The notes under the pieces were generated by a model. That model was not told where the DNA came from, searched no databases, and worked only from the letters and a program-made list of their open reading frames with translations. A DNA stretch of 64,000 nt, taken from the NCBI GenBank assembly GCA_963716395.1, contig OY970309.1, positions 1,920,001 to 1,984,000 of the forward strand. The letters are read 5' to 3'. Source of the DNA: an uncultured Fibrobacteria bacterium (GTDB lineage Bacteria > Fibrobacterota > Fibrobacteria > UBA11236). Below are positions 19,833 to 28,101 of the stretch, one piece after another. A program made the position numbers and the translations under genes. Position 1 is the stretch's first letter. Each line of letters opens with the position of its first letter.

Positions 19833-20834
19833 ATGATCGCCTTCGGTATCGAGACCTCGTGCGACGAAACCGGGTGCGGGCTGGTCGATGCCGACTACCG
19901 CATCCTGGGGCAAAGCCTGTATAGCCAGGCGGCGCAACATGCGCGCTACGGAGGCGTGGTGCCCGAAGTGGCGGCCCGATCGCATTTGGAAAAGCTGGGG
20001 TTGGTGGCGGCCGCGGCTTTGGAGGCTTCGGGACGCACCGTGCACGAGATTGATCTCATCGCCTACACGCGCGGCCCGGGTTTGCTCGGGCCCTTGCTGG
20101 TGGGGGCTTCCTTTGCGCAGGGGTTGGGCCGCGCCCTGGGCAAGCCCGCGCACGGGCTCAACCATCTCGAAGGCCATGTGGCGGCCGCGTATTTTACCGA
20201 CCCCGATTTGCGTCCGCCCTTCTTGACCTTGCTGGTTTCCGGCGGTCACACCGAATTGGTGCTGGCGCAGCCGGGTTTCCGCTTTCAGGTGCTGGGCCGC
20301 ACGCGCGATGACGCCGCGGGCGAAGCCTTCGACAAATGCGGCAAACTGCTGGGTCTGGGATATCCGGCCGGCCCCGAGGTGGCGGCTTTGGCCGCCCAGG
20401 GCCGGCGCGATTGGCTGCGCCTGCCGCGGGCCATGCTGGAGCGGGGCAATCTCGACTTTTCTTTCAGCGGATTGAAAACGGCCCTGGCGCGCGAGGTACA
20501 AAAACGTGGAAGCGACAAACTCGCAGCCAACCTTCCCGACTTCTGCGCATCGGTAGAAACCGCCATCGTCGATGCTTTGCTGGCCAAAACCCGATATGCC
20601 TTGGAAGCGTCGGCTTTGGATTGTTTGGTACTGGCCGGTGGTGTGGCAGCCAACGCCTATTTGCGCGCGGAAATGCAACGAATGGCGCAAACCGAGGGGT
20701 TTCGCCTGGTTCTTCCCCAACCCCGGTTTTGCGGCGACAACGGTGTCATGATGGCGGGCGCGGCTCAATTGCGCCACCGATCCGGGATTTGGCCGGAATC
20801 GGGCGCCGTGCGCCCGGATTTATCTTGGGACTGA
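19833..20834 (+). CDS. tsaD: tRNA threonylcarbamoyltransferase TsaD
   Basis: GIETSCDET, GGVVPEVAARSH, NHLEGH, LLVSGGHT, DDAAGEAFDK, FSFSGLKT. Confidence 0.97.
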   Translation: MIAFGIETSCDETGCGLVDADYRILGQSLYSQAAQHARYGGVVPEVAARSHLEKLGLVAAAALEASGRTVHEIDLIAYTRGPGLLGPLLVGASFAQGLGRALGKPAHGLNHLEGHVAAAYFTDPDLRPPFLTLLVSGGHTELVLAQPGFRFQVLGRTRDDAAGEAFDKCGKLLGLGYPAGPEVAALAAQGRRDWLRLPRAMLERGNLDFSFSGLKTALAREVQKRGSDKLAANLPDFCASVETAIVDALLAKTRYALEASALDCLVLAGGVAANAYLRAEMQRMAQTEGFRLVLPQPRFCGDNGVMMAGAAQLRHRSGIWPESGAVRPDLSWD

Positions 20835-20918
20835 TGGGGATCATAACGCCGCCCCGGCTCCGATTGACAAAGCGAATTGTTCCGGCCTATAGTACTTTAG
20901 GCACAAGCCGGGAGGGGT

Positions 20919-21575
20919 ATGCGTTCGGCATCTTTGTGCATTGGTGTTTCCGTGCTGTGGATGGCCATGCGCGTGTGGGCCGTCGACACTGAAAAAAAAC
21001 CGCTGGAAAACCCTCCGGCTGCGCAAGCTGATCCGGCCGCCGCGGTGGCACCGGCTTCGGCCCTGACTCCGACGAGTAATGACGAACTGCCTTCCGCCGC
21101 CCCAACCACAGCTTCTACCCCGTCTGTCGGGAGCGATCAACCTGCGGCTTCAACGGCGCCGTCGCCTGCATCAGCATCAGCCGACGGCGACAAAGCCGCG
21201 CCGGTTCCGGCCAAAGCCGATGTGGCGGACCAATCCGTGACCGAAGCGGAAAAAGCCGAGGTGGCGAAGAACATCAAAGACCCGGAATTGCGCAAGCATA
21301 TTCTCGAAAACATTGACGTTTTCGGGAAGTCTGAAATGCCGGCCATTTACATTTTGAATCCCGGTACCGAGGGCGAGGATATTCAGGGTTCTTTGTTGAC
21401 GCGGGATTTCACCGCCGATCCCTATTTCATGCAGAACATCGACCGCGAAGAATTCGAACGTGAAACCTACACCCTTGATTTCCAAACCGAAGCGGTGGTG
21501 AACCCCGCCGCGGTGACGACCCAGCAAATAGACAAAGACAAGAATAAAGACAAAAAGAATAAAGACGCCCGCTGA
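20919..21575 (+). CDS. Secreted protein with Ala/Pro/Ser linker and CglF/GltF-like C-terminal region
   Basis: Signal peptide; C-terminal IDVFGKSEMPAIYILNP...TRDF...IDREEFE. Confidence 0.55.
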   Translation: MRSASLCIGVSVLWMAMRVWAVDTEKKPLENPPAAQADPAAAVAPASALTPTSNDELPSAAPTTASTPSVGSDQPAASTAPSPASASADGDKAAPVPAKADVADQSVTEAEKAEVAKNIKDPELRKHILENIDVFGKSEMPAIYILNPGTEGEDIQGSLLTRDFTADPYFMQNIDREEFERETYTLDFQTEAVVNPAAVTTQQIDKDKNKDKKNKDAR

Positions 21576-21987
21576 TTCGGTTTCCGCAGCGAAGATCCCG
21601 CTCAAATTTGTTTCGCCGGTTGTCGGCTTCGGGAGGAAGAGCGAAACCTGGTTCCCGAGCCGGGCGGGGAATTTCCCGGATCGGCCGGCTAAGTCGGGCC
21701 ACGGTATAATCCTTTCTCCGCCTTCTTTGTTTGCGCTGAATAAATTTATTTGCGGAAGCGAACGTGACATCCAACGAAGCCTGGCGGAAAACCTTCGCCA
21801 TCCGCGTCTTCGTTTGGAAAAGCTCCCCGTGTCACGCCGGTCGCGCCTTGAGGTTGCGGATTGCCTGCGAGCACGCCCTGCGTCAATTTGAAATCGTTCG
21901 TATGTCGAACTGAAACAGGCCTTGGATAGTTTGGCGAGGATGCAGCGTTTTCGTTTGCATTCATCCCACTTCAACCTGGAGAGCACT

Positions 21988-24048
21988 ATGACGCGTTTTC
22001 ATCGCGCCTTTCGTTTTGTGCCGGCATTATTGCTGGCGGCGGCCGCCAGTCATGCGGTTCCCACCCTCATCGCTACGGGGTCCATCGCCCAAGACACCGA
22101 CTTATCGGGCCTGCACGACATTTTGGAGAACGGGGTTCCCGACAACATTCTGGGCGGTATCGGTTCGGGGCTGGCCTATGCCGGCGGAACCACCTTCTTG
22201 GCTGTGCCCGATCGCGGGCCCAATGCCACCACCTACGCGGGCGGCGACCTCATCGACAATACCGACTCGTACATTTCCCGCTTCGAGACCCTCGATTTGA
22301 GCCTTACGCCCGCGGCTTCCGGCGGTTTGCCCTATACCTTGACCCCGACCTTGCTCGGCACGACTCTGCTGTACTCGCATCAATCTTTGTATTACGGCAG
22401 CACGCCGGGCCTGCCCAGCGCCGTACCGCCGGCCAACACCCGCTGGAAGCATTATTTCACCGGACGCTCTGACGATTTCGGTCCGGGGCTATCAACCGAC
22501 CCTCTGGATGCCCGCCTCGATCCCGAAGCCATCCGCGTTGCCAAAGACGGCAACAGCGTGTTCATCGGGGACGAATACGGGCCTTACGTTTATCAATTCG
22601 ATCGCGCCACCGGCCGGCGCCTCCGCAGCTTCAAGCTGCCGAATCACTTCGCCGTCAAGCATTTGAGTTCCCTCGGCGACAACGAAATCGCCGACAACGA
22701 CACCGGGCGCGTCGCCAACAAAGGCATGGAGGGTCTGGCCATTTCTCCCGACGGCAAAACCCTGGCCGGTTTCATCCAAAGCCCCTTGATCCAGGACGGA
22801 GGCAACGGAGGGCGTTGCAACCGCATCGTCACCATCGACATCGCGAGCGGCGCCACGCACGAATACGTGTACGATAACCTGATCGCGGGCAAAACCTACA
22901 ACAGCAGCGAAATGGTAGCGTTGAATGATCACCAATTTCTGGTGCTGGAGCGCGACGGCAAAGGTCTGGGCGACGGTAGCAAGGCCAAGGTCAAGCAGGT
23001 CTGGGAAGTGGATATCGCCGGGGCCCATGACGTCAGCAACCTGGCGGGCGAGGATTCTTTGCTGCCCTATGCGGCGCCCAAGAAACTGTTCCTGAACATC
23101 GCGGCCCAACTCGAAGCGTTCGGCATCCCCGACACCCTGATCCCTTCCAAGATCGAAGGCATGGCGTTCGGCGCCGACATCAGGCGGAACGATTCGCTGT
23201 ATCACACGCTTTACATCGGCAACGACAACGACTTTGTCCCCGCCACCTCCGGTCCCTCGCTCTGGTATGTCTTCGCCTTCACCGACGCGGATTTGGCGGC
23301 CGACTCGCTTTCCTACACGCCGCAGGAAATCATCGCGCGCGGTCCCGATTTGTCATTGCGCAAAACCGCTTCCTCCCGGTTCGTAATCACCGGCAGCGAC
23401 GTGCGCTATGCCTTGACCGTGCGCAACCAAGGGTTGGTACCGGCCACAAACGTGTCGCTGCTTGACGCCCTGCCCGCCGGTTTGGACTTCGTCTCTTGCG
23501 TTTCGACCGGAGTTTGTTCCGGCAGCGGCAATTCCCGCGCCGTGCAATTCCCGTCTTTGAACGGAGCCGCGAGTCAAACGGCTTGGATCAACGCCATGCT
23601 GAGCTGCGCGGTGCCCAATGGAACCCGCATCGTCAACGTCGCCACGGCGAATATGGACGTTGCGGACCCGAGCCCAGGCAATGATTCGGCCACTGCCGGC
23701 ATCGTCGCCGTGAATCCCGCACCCGTGATCCGCGCGGTTTCGGCGGCGCCCGCGGTGCTGCCGGCCAACGGACAAATGGTGCCGGTGCGCGTGAACTACG
23801 CGGTGCGCGACAATTGCGACGGGTCGGTGTGCTCGCTTCAGGTGTTCAGCAACGATCACGGCGCGGCCGCCGGATCGGATGGGCGTGTTCTCGACGATCA
23901 CAACGTGCTCTTGCGCGCCGAAGCCAATACCAACGGCAATCGCTTCTATTCCATTCCCATCTCCTGCAAAGACAGCGGCGGCGCGACCTCGGTTCGGGGC
24001 GTGTCGGTGGAGGTGCTCGCCAACCACGGTAGGTTTTCGAGACGCTGA
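21988..24048 (+). CDS. Secreted phytase-like esterase (Phytase-like domain) + DUF11 + C-terminal Ig-like domain
   Basis: GGIGSGL, VPDRGPN, LDPEAI, DEYGP, NKGMEGLA, LVLERD, KIEG, NDNDF; DUF11 DLSLRKT...YALTVRNQG...DPSPGNDSA; GGAG RBS. Confidence 0.85.
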   Translation: MTRFHRAFRFVPALLLAAAASHAVPTLIATGSIAQDTDLSGLHDILENGVPDNILGGIGSGLAYAGGTTFLAVPDRGPNATTYAGGDLIDNTDSYISRFETLDLSLTPAASGGLPYTLTPTLLGTTLLYSHQSLYYGSTPGLPSAVPPANTRWKHYFTGRSDDFGPGLSTDPLDARLDPEAIRVAKDGNSVFIGDEYGPYVYQFDRATGRRLRSFKLPNHFAVKHLSSLGDNEIADNDTGRVANKGMEGLAISPDGKTLAGFIQSPLIQDGGNGGRCNRIVTIDIASGATHEYVYDNLIAGKTYNSSEMVALNDHQFLVLERDGKGLGDGSKAKVKQVWEVDIAGAHDVSNLAGEDSLLPYAAPKKLFLNIAAQLEAFGIPDTLIPSKIEGMAFGADIRRNDSLYHTLYIGNDNDFVPATSGPSLWYVFAFTDADLAADSLSYTPQEIIARGPDLSLRKTASSRFVITGSDVRYALTVRNQGLVPATNVSLLDALPAGLDFVSCVSTGVCSGSGNSRAVQFPSLNGAASQTAWINAMLSCAVPNGTRIVNVATANMDVADPSPGNDSATAGIVAVNPAPVIRAVSAAPAVLPANGQMVPVRVNYAVRDNCDGSVCSLQVFSNDHGAAAGSDGRVLDDHNVLLRAEANTNGNRFYSIPISCKDSGGATSVRGVSVEVLANHGRFSRR

Positions 24049-24092
24049 AACCCGAATACAGGCCGACGGCCTGAACGGAATCCAAATGAAAT

Positions 24093-24116
24093 TCCGGGGC
24101 GAAAGCCCCGGATTTG
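24093..24116. terminator. Bidirectional intrinsic terminator
   Basis: TCCGGGGC-GAAA-GCCCCGGA with A- and T-rich flanks between convergent genes. Confidence 0.7.
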
Positions 24117-24122
24117 TTTCGG

Positions 24123-24288
24123 CTACGGCAAAAGCGGAACCGCATGCACGGGGGAGATCAGGACGTTCCGACCCAGCGCCTCGATCATGTCGCCATTGCC
24201 AATGGAACAGACGGGGAGCAGGGAAATTCCGAACTGACCCCTGAGGGTTTTCTGCGACGGCGAACGCATCGTGAAAATAGGCATGGCC
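24123..24288 (-). repeat. Diverged copy of the GH10 xylanase 3' end (26425-26590)
   Basis: Encodes IFTMRSPSQKTLRGQFGISLLPVCSIGNGDMIEALGRNVLISPVHAVPLLP*, 43/51 aa identical to the xylanase tail, with the same stop position. Confidence 0.95.
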
Positions 24289-24373
24289 GAGATGTAGGAC
24301 GACCCTCGGCCCATCCACGGCCGCGATCCGCCCGCACCGCACTCGGCCTCGCAGAGACCTTTTCAACGACCCG

Positions 24374-25327
24374 TTAGGCCACGCGCAAAACGATCTTGCC
24401 CCGCGTATGGCCGGTCTTGAGCGTTTCCATGGCCTTGACGGTTTCCGAGAGCGGCAACTCCGAAGCGATCTCGATGCGCAGCTTGCCCGCCACAGCGAGC
24501 CCGGCGATGTATTCCAGAGCTTGCGGGTTCATCGTGTTCCGGAGGATCTCCGCGCGCACCCCGTGTTTGGCGGCATCCTCCTGCGAAGGCGGCTGCACGA
24601 TGGAGACCAGAATGCCACCCTTCTTCAAGGCGAGGAAGGAACGCGCCTGCACCTCTCCGCCTTGGGTGTCGAACACCACGTCGGCGTCGCGCACCGCCTC
24701 CTCGAAGCGGGCCGACGAATAGTCGATGGGCACATCGGCGCCCAGCTCCTTCAGATAAGGTTGGTTTCGGGCCGAGGCCGTGGCCGCCACGATGGCGCCC
24801 TTGTCTTTGGCCAACTGGATGGCGTAACCGCCCACGCCGCCGGCACCGCCCTGAATGAGGACTTTTTGTCCGGCCTGCAATTTCGCCACGTCGAACAAAG
24901 CCTTCCACGCAGTCAGGGCCGCCACGGGCAAAGTCGCCGCTTGGGCATGGTCGAGGCCCACCGGCTTGGCCGCCACTTCATTCTGCCCCGAGACCCGGTA
25001 TTCGGCGAAGCTGCCCGGGGCGGTTCCGAACACCGCATCGCCGACTTGCCATTTCGTGACTCCCGGCCCCAAGGCCGCCACCGTGCCCGAGAAGTCCAAG
25101 CCCAAGGTGAAAGGCAAGGGCAGCGGCCCCAAAAGGCCCGAGGCCATTTTGTAATCCGCCGGATTCGCCGCGGTCGCATGCACCTTAATCAATATCTCCC
25201 CGGCTTTGGGTTCGGGCCGCGGAGCGTCTTCGTAGTGCATCACTTCCGGGCCCCCGAAAGCGTGGATGCGAACAGCTTTCATGGTGGCCTCGTCCGCCAG
25301 GTTCCGGGATTGAGATTGCGTGTTCAT
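24374..25327 (-). CDS. NADP-dependent quinone oxidoreductase (MDR family, zinc-independent)
   Basis: MKAVRIHAFGGPEV, LGLDFSG, VLIQGGAGGVG, GHTRGKIVL; AGGAG RBS. Confidence 0.92.
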   Translation of the reverse strand: MNTQSQSRNLADEATMKAVRIHAFGGPEVMHYEDAPRPEPKAGEILIKVHATAANPADYKMASGLLGPLPLPFTLGLDFSGTVAALGPGVTKWQVGDAVFGTAPGSFAEYRVSGQNEVAAKPVGLDHAQAATLPVAALTAWKALFDVAKLQAGQKVLIQGGAGGVGGYAIQLAKDKGAIVAATASARNQPYLKELGADVPIDYSSARFEEAVRDADVVFDTQGGEVQARSFLALKKGGILVSIVQPPSQEDAAKHGVRAEILRNTMNPQALEYIAGLAVAGKLRIEIASELPLSETVKAMETLKTGHTRGKIVLRVA

Positions 25328-25589
25328 GCTTAATCTCCTTTGTCTTTCTTTCCGGGTCCGTTTCCGATCAAGCCCGGGATCCCTTAATGATCCGTTGTTG
25401 CGAGTCGTAAAAGCCCGCGTTACTCTCGCCTTAAAATTCAAACCCTCGCCCCAATATTCAAGTCGCCCCATTGCCGCCTTTCGATTCGAGCCCCAATACC
25501 CCATTTTCTTTGCCCGCTTCCCCATTCGCTACTCAAACCGTCGGCGCCGCGCATTCCATAGCGCGCCCTGGCCTTCCTCCGAGGGTATC

Positions 25590-25763
25590 CTACCAGTTAC
25601 CCTCTCTGTCCGGATACTCCGGCCATTCCGCGATCGCGGCGGCGAAGGCCTCCTGCAGCGCATCTTCCGCCAATCCGAAATCCTTGCACGAGGCGATCAG
25701 GGACGCGAGCACGAGGCCCCAATCCTCGCGGTATACGCGCTCGATATCGACCGCGCCGCTCAC
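25590..25763 (-). pseudogene. Truncated ECF42-type sigma factor (N-terminal ~48 aa)
   Basis: Manual translation from GTG: SGAVDIERVYREDWGLVLASLIASCKDFGLAEDALQEAFAAAIAEWP, then stop; GTGA overlap with the YCII relic. Confidence 0.8.
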
Positions 25764-25891
25764 GAAAAGGTCATAATGGGGCGCACCTCGATCGAGCCGT
25801 AGCGCGCGGCCGGAATCTTAGCGGCCGTAGCCAACTCCTCATCCAAATCCTCAGCTTCTATCAGGTAGTAGCCCGAAAGCGGCTCCTTCAT
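25760..25891 (-). pseudogene. C-terminal half of a YCII/DGPF protein
   Basis: KEPLSGYYLIEAEDLDEELATAAKIPAARYGSIEVRPI; the N-terminal half including the DGPF motif is missing. Confidence 0.8.
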
Positions 25892-26072
25892 CGCCCCCTG
25901 TCCGGGGTGCTTGACAAGAAGGCGAATGGATCCGGCCCCGATCGAAACGCGTCCCCGATTTTTTCGGGGCGGTCCTTTCGGTGCCTAGGTAATTCAAAGC
26001 CCGCTCCTCATCATTTCCTCCATCCCCGACCCCGTCCCGCCTCGTCTTGCGGCTTTGGAACGGTCCGCCCCC

Positions 26073-26153
26073 GCCGGCATGATCGCGGTGAACCCCGCGC
26101 CCTTCATCCACCCCACGGCGGCTGCGCCGGATGTGCTGCGCCCGGCCGACGGT
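26073..26153 (+). repeat. Diverged fragment of the phytase-like gene (23695-23772)
   Basis: AGMIAVNPAPFIHPTAAAPDVLRPADG vs AGIVAVNPAPVIRAVSAAPAVL-PANG (17/27 identical). Confidence 0.75.
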
Positions 26154-26180
26154 CGCGGAAAATTTTCGGAACGTTGATCG

Positions 26181-26364
26181 ATCCGGAAGGTGTGAAGAAT
26201 CGCGGACTAAGATTTCCAGCGCAGGCCGAAATACGTCGGGCGTCCGCACAGTGGCCCCAAAATATGCGAGGGGTGGTGATTGTCTTGCGCATCCCGGAAC
26301 AACGGACTGTTCCTACGAGTCCGGTTTGCCTGGTGTTGAAGAAAAGATTTTCGGCGCCGAAGTA
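26181..26364 (-). repeat. Decayed copy of the TonB receptor 3' end and downstream flank (28077-28257)
   Basis: YFGAENLF (frameshift) ...SHILGPLCGRPTYFGLRWKS* vs YAGAENLF...SHIWGPLRGRQMYVGLRWKS*; similarity continues ~25 bp past the stop (ATCCGGAAGG). Confidence 0.9.
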
Positions 26365-26424
26365 CCGTCGTGCAGGGCGACCGCGGCGCGCGGGTCAAGG
26401 GATGGGAACCAGCTTGCGTTACGG

Positions 26425-27627
26425 CTAGGGCAAAAGGGGAACAGCATGCACCGGGGAGATCAGGGCGTTCCGGCCCAGCGCATCGACCATGCCACCATTG
26501 CCAATGGAGAAGACCGGGATCGGGGAAATTCCGAACTGACCCCTGAGGGTTTTCTGCGACGGAGAACGAATCGTGAAAATGGACGTGGCCACGCTGCCCG
26601 GAGTCCTGGCCGCGAAGGCTTTGCGTTCGGCGACGATGGTTGGATCGGCATTGTTCATGGCGGTGATCAAGGCCTGTACGGCCGCTTTGGGCTGATCCTG
26701 GCCGTCGAACAGCAGGCAACCGCAACTGCTGCCCAGCCAGGAGTTCGCATCCGACAAGCCCCAGGTGTTGAAAGTGACGCAATTGAAGTTCTCCAGACAG
26801 GCGTTCATCAGATTGGTCCAATCCTGGGTCGTCCCATTCTTGATGTCGATTTCCGTAAGGGAAATGCGCACACCCAATTGGCCGAAGCGTTTGATGTTGT
26901 TGGAAATATCCGATTGGTTGACACCGCTCGACAGATGGCATTGCAGGCCGATGCCGTCGATGGGCACCCCGTTCTGCATCCATTTCTGTACCAGATTGTA
27001 AATGGAAGTCGACTTCGAGTTCACGCCGTCGGCCCCGTAATCGTTGTAGTACAGATAGCCGTTGGTGCCGATCACGCGCCGGGCGATGGTCAAGGCGGAA
27101 TCCGGATAGTCGCTGCCGATGTTCGTCAGCCAAAAGTCGCTACGCAGCCCCCCCGATCCATCCGCGGTGATCTCGTTGAGCACGTCCCATTCCAGGATCT
27201 TGCTCTTGAAGTGTCCGCCGACGGAGTCGATATGGGTCCGCATGACGGTCAACCCGGAAGTGCGGTCATGGACGGCACCTTGAGCCACGGTGGACTGGGA
27301 ATGCCAAATAAAATTATGGCCGCGCATCTTCATTTGGTTCGCGACCGCAAAAGCGGAGACCTGGTCTCCCGCAGTGTAATGGAAGCTGCCGATAGGGTTC
27401 TCGGTGTTGTCGAACTTCATTTCGTTTTCGCAGACCACCGAATTGAACTGCGTCTTCAGGACCGTGGCATAGGTGGAAGTGGAAGTGCTGACTTGGTAGC
27501 TGTTGGTTGCCGACCCGAAGTTAAGCCCGGCATTGGCCGCGGCATCGCGCAAAGTGGTGGCTTGGGACCACGCGGAGGAAGCAAACAGCGGAAACGCCGC
27601 GAAAACGAAAAGCGGATGGCGGATCAT
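26425..27627 (-). CDS. GH10 endo-1,4-beta-xylanase with C-terminal tail
   Basis: Signal peptide; ENEMKF, MRGHNFIWHSQ, WDVLNE, YYNDY, GIGLQCH, SLTEID, TWG. Confidence 0.95.
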   Translation of the reverse strand: MIRHPLFVFAAFPLFASSAWSQATTLRDAAANAGLNFGSATNSYQVSTSTSTYATVLKTQFNSVVCENEMKFDNTENPIGSFHYTAGDQVSAFAVANQMKMRGHNFIWHSQSTVAQGAVHDRTSGLTVMRTHIDSVGGHFKSKILEWDVLNEITADGSGGLRSDFWLTNIGSDYPDSALTIARRVIGTNGYLYYNDYGADGVNSKSTSIYNLVQKWMQNGVPIDGIGLQCHLSSGVNQSDISNNIKRFGQLGVRISLTEIDIKNGTTQDWTNLMNACLENFNCVTFNTWGLSDANSWLGSSCGCLLFDGQDQPKAAVQALITAMNNADPTIVAERKAFAARTPGSVATSIFTIRSPSQKTLRGQFGISPIPVFSIGNGGMVDALGRNALISPVHAVPLLP

Positions 27628-28040
27628 AAAAACTCCTCTAAACGGTTGGAAACAGTTGCAAGTCCGGCTTGGAATAACCCACGCTCCCTGCGCGGGGATT
27701 CTTCTCATACTTTTCCAATCTATGGGTGGAGGGTTTTACGCACCCCAGAATTTTTTGTTTTGAATAAAATCCGGCCGCGGCACCGTCCAAAGAGTGCAGG
27801 TCTACGACGAATCTTTACCAAGTCTTCGCAAGGCGATCCACAAATTTGAAGAAATAACCGGATTATGGAAACATCCGCGTTATTGGCGTGGTTTGGTCTT
27901 TTTTGATTTTTTGCAAACTTGGTCGATTTCGCCAAAGACGGAAATGGCCGTTTCACCGACGCCGATTTCACCTTTTCTTGCCGGCGCGTTTGACGCGGCC
28001 TGTCCGTCCCGAAGCGGGTGGCTGGGGTTTCCGGGAAGAG

Positions 28041-28066
28041 GGATCAGGGGCGTTACCCCCTGATCC
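28041..28066. terminator. Stem-loop downstream of the TonB receptor
   Basis: GGATCAGGGG-CGTTAC-CCCCTGATCC perfect 10-bp stem; weak U-tract. Confidence 0.5.
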
Positions 28067-28101
28067 TCCGTCCCCAATCCGGAAGGAGCAAGAACCGGGG
28101 A

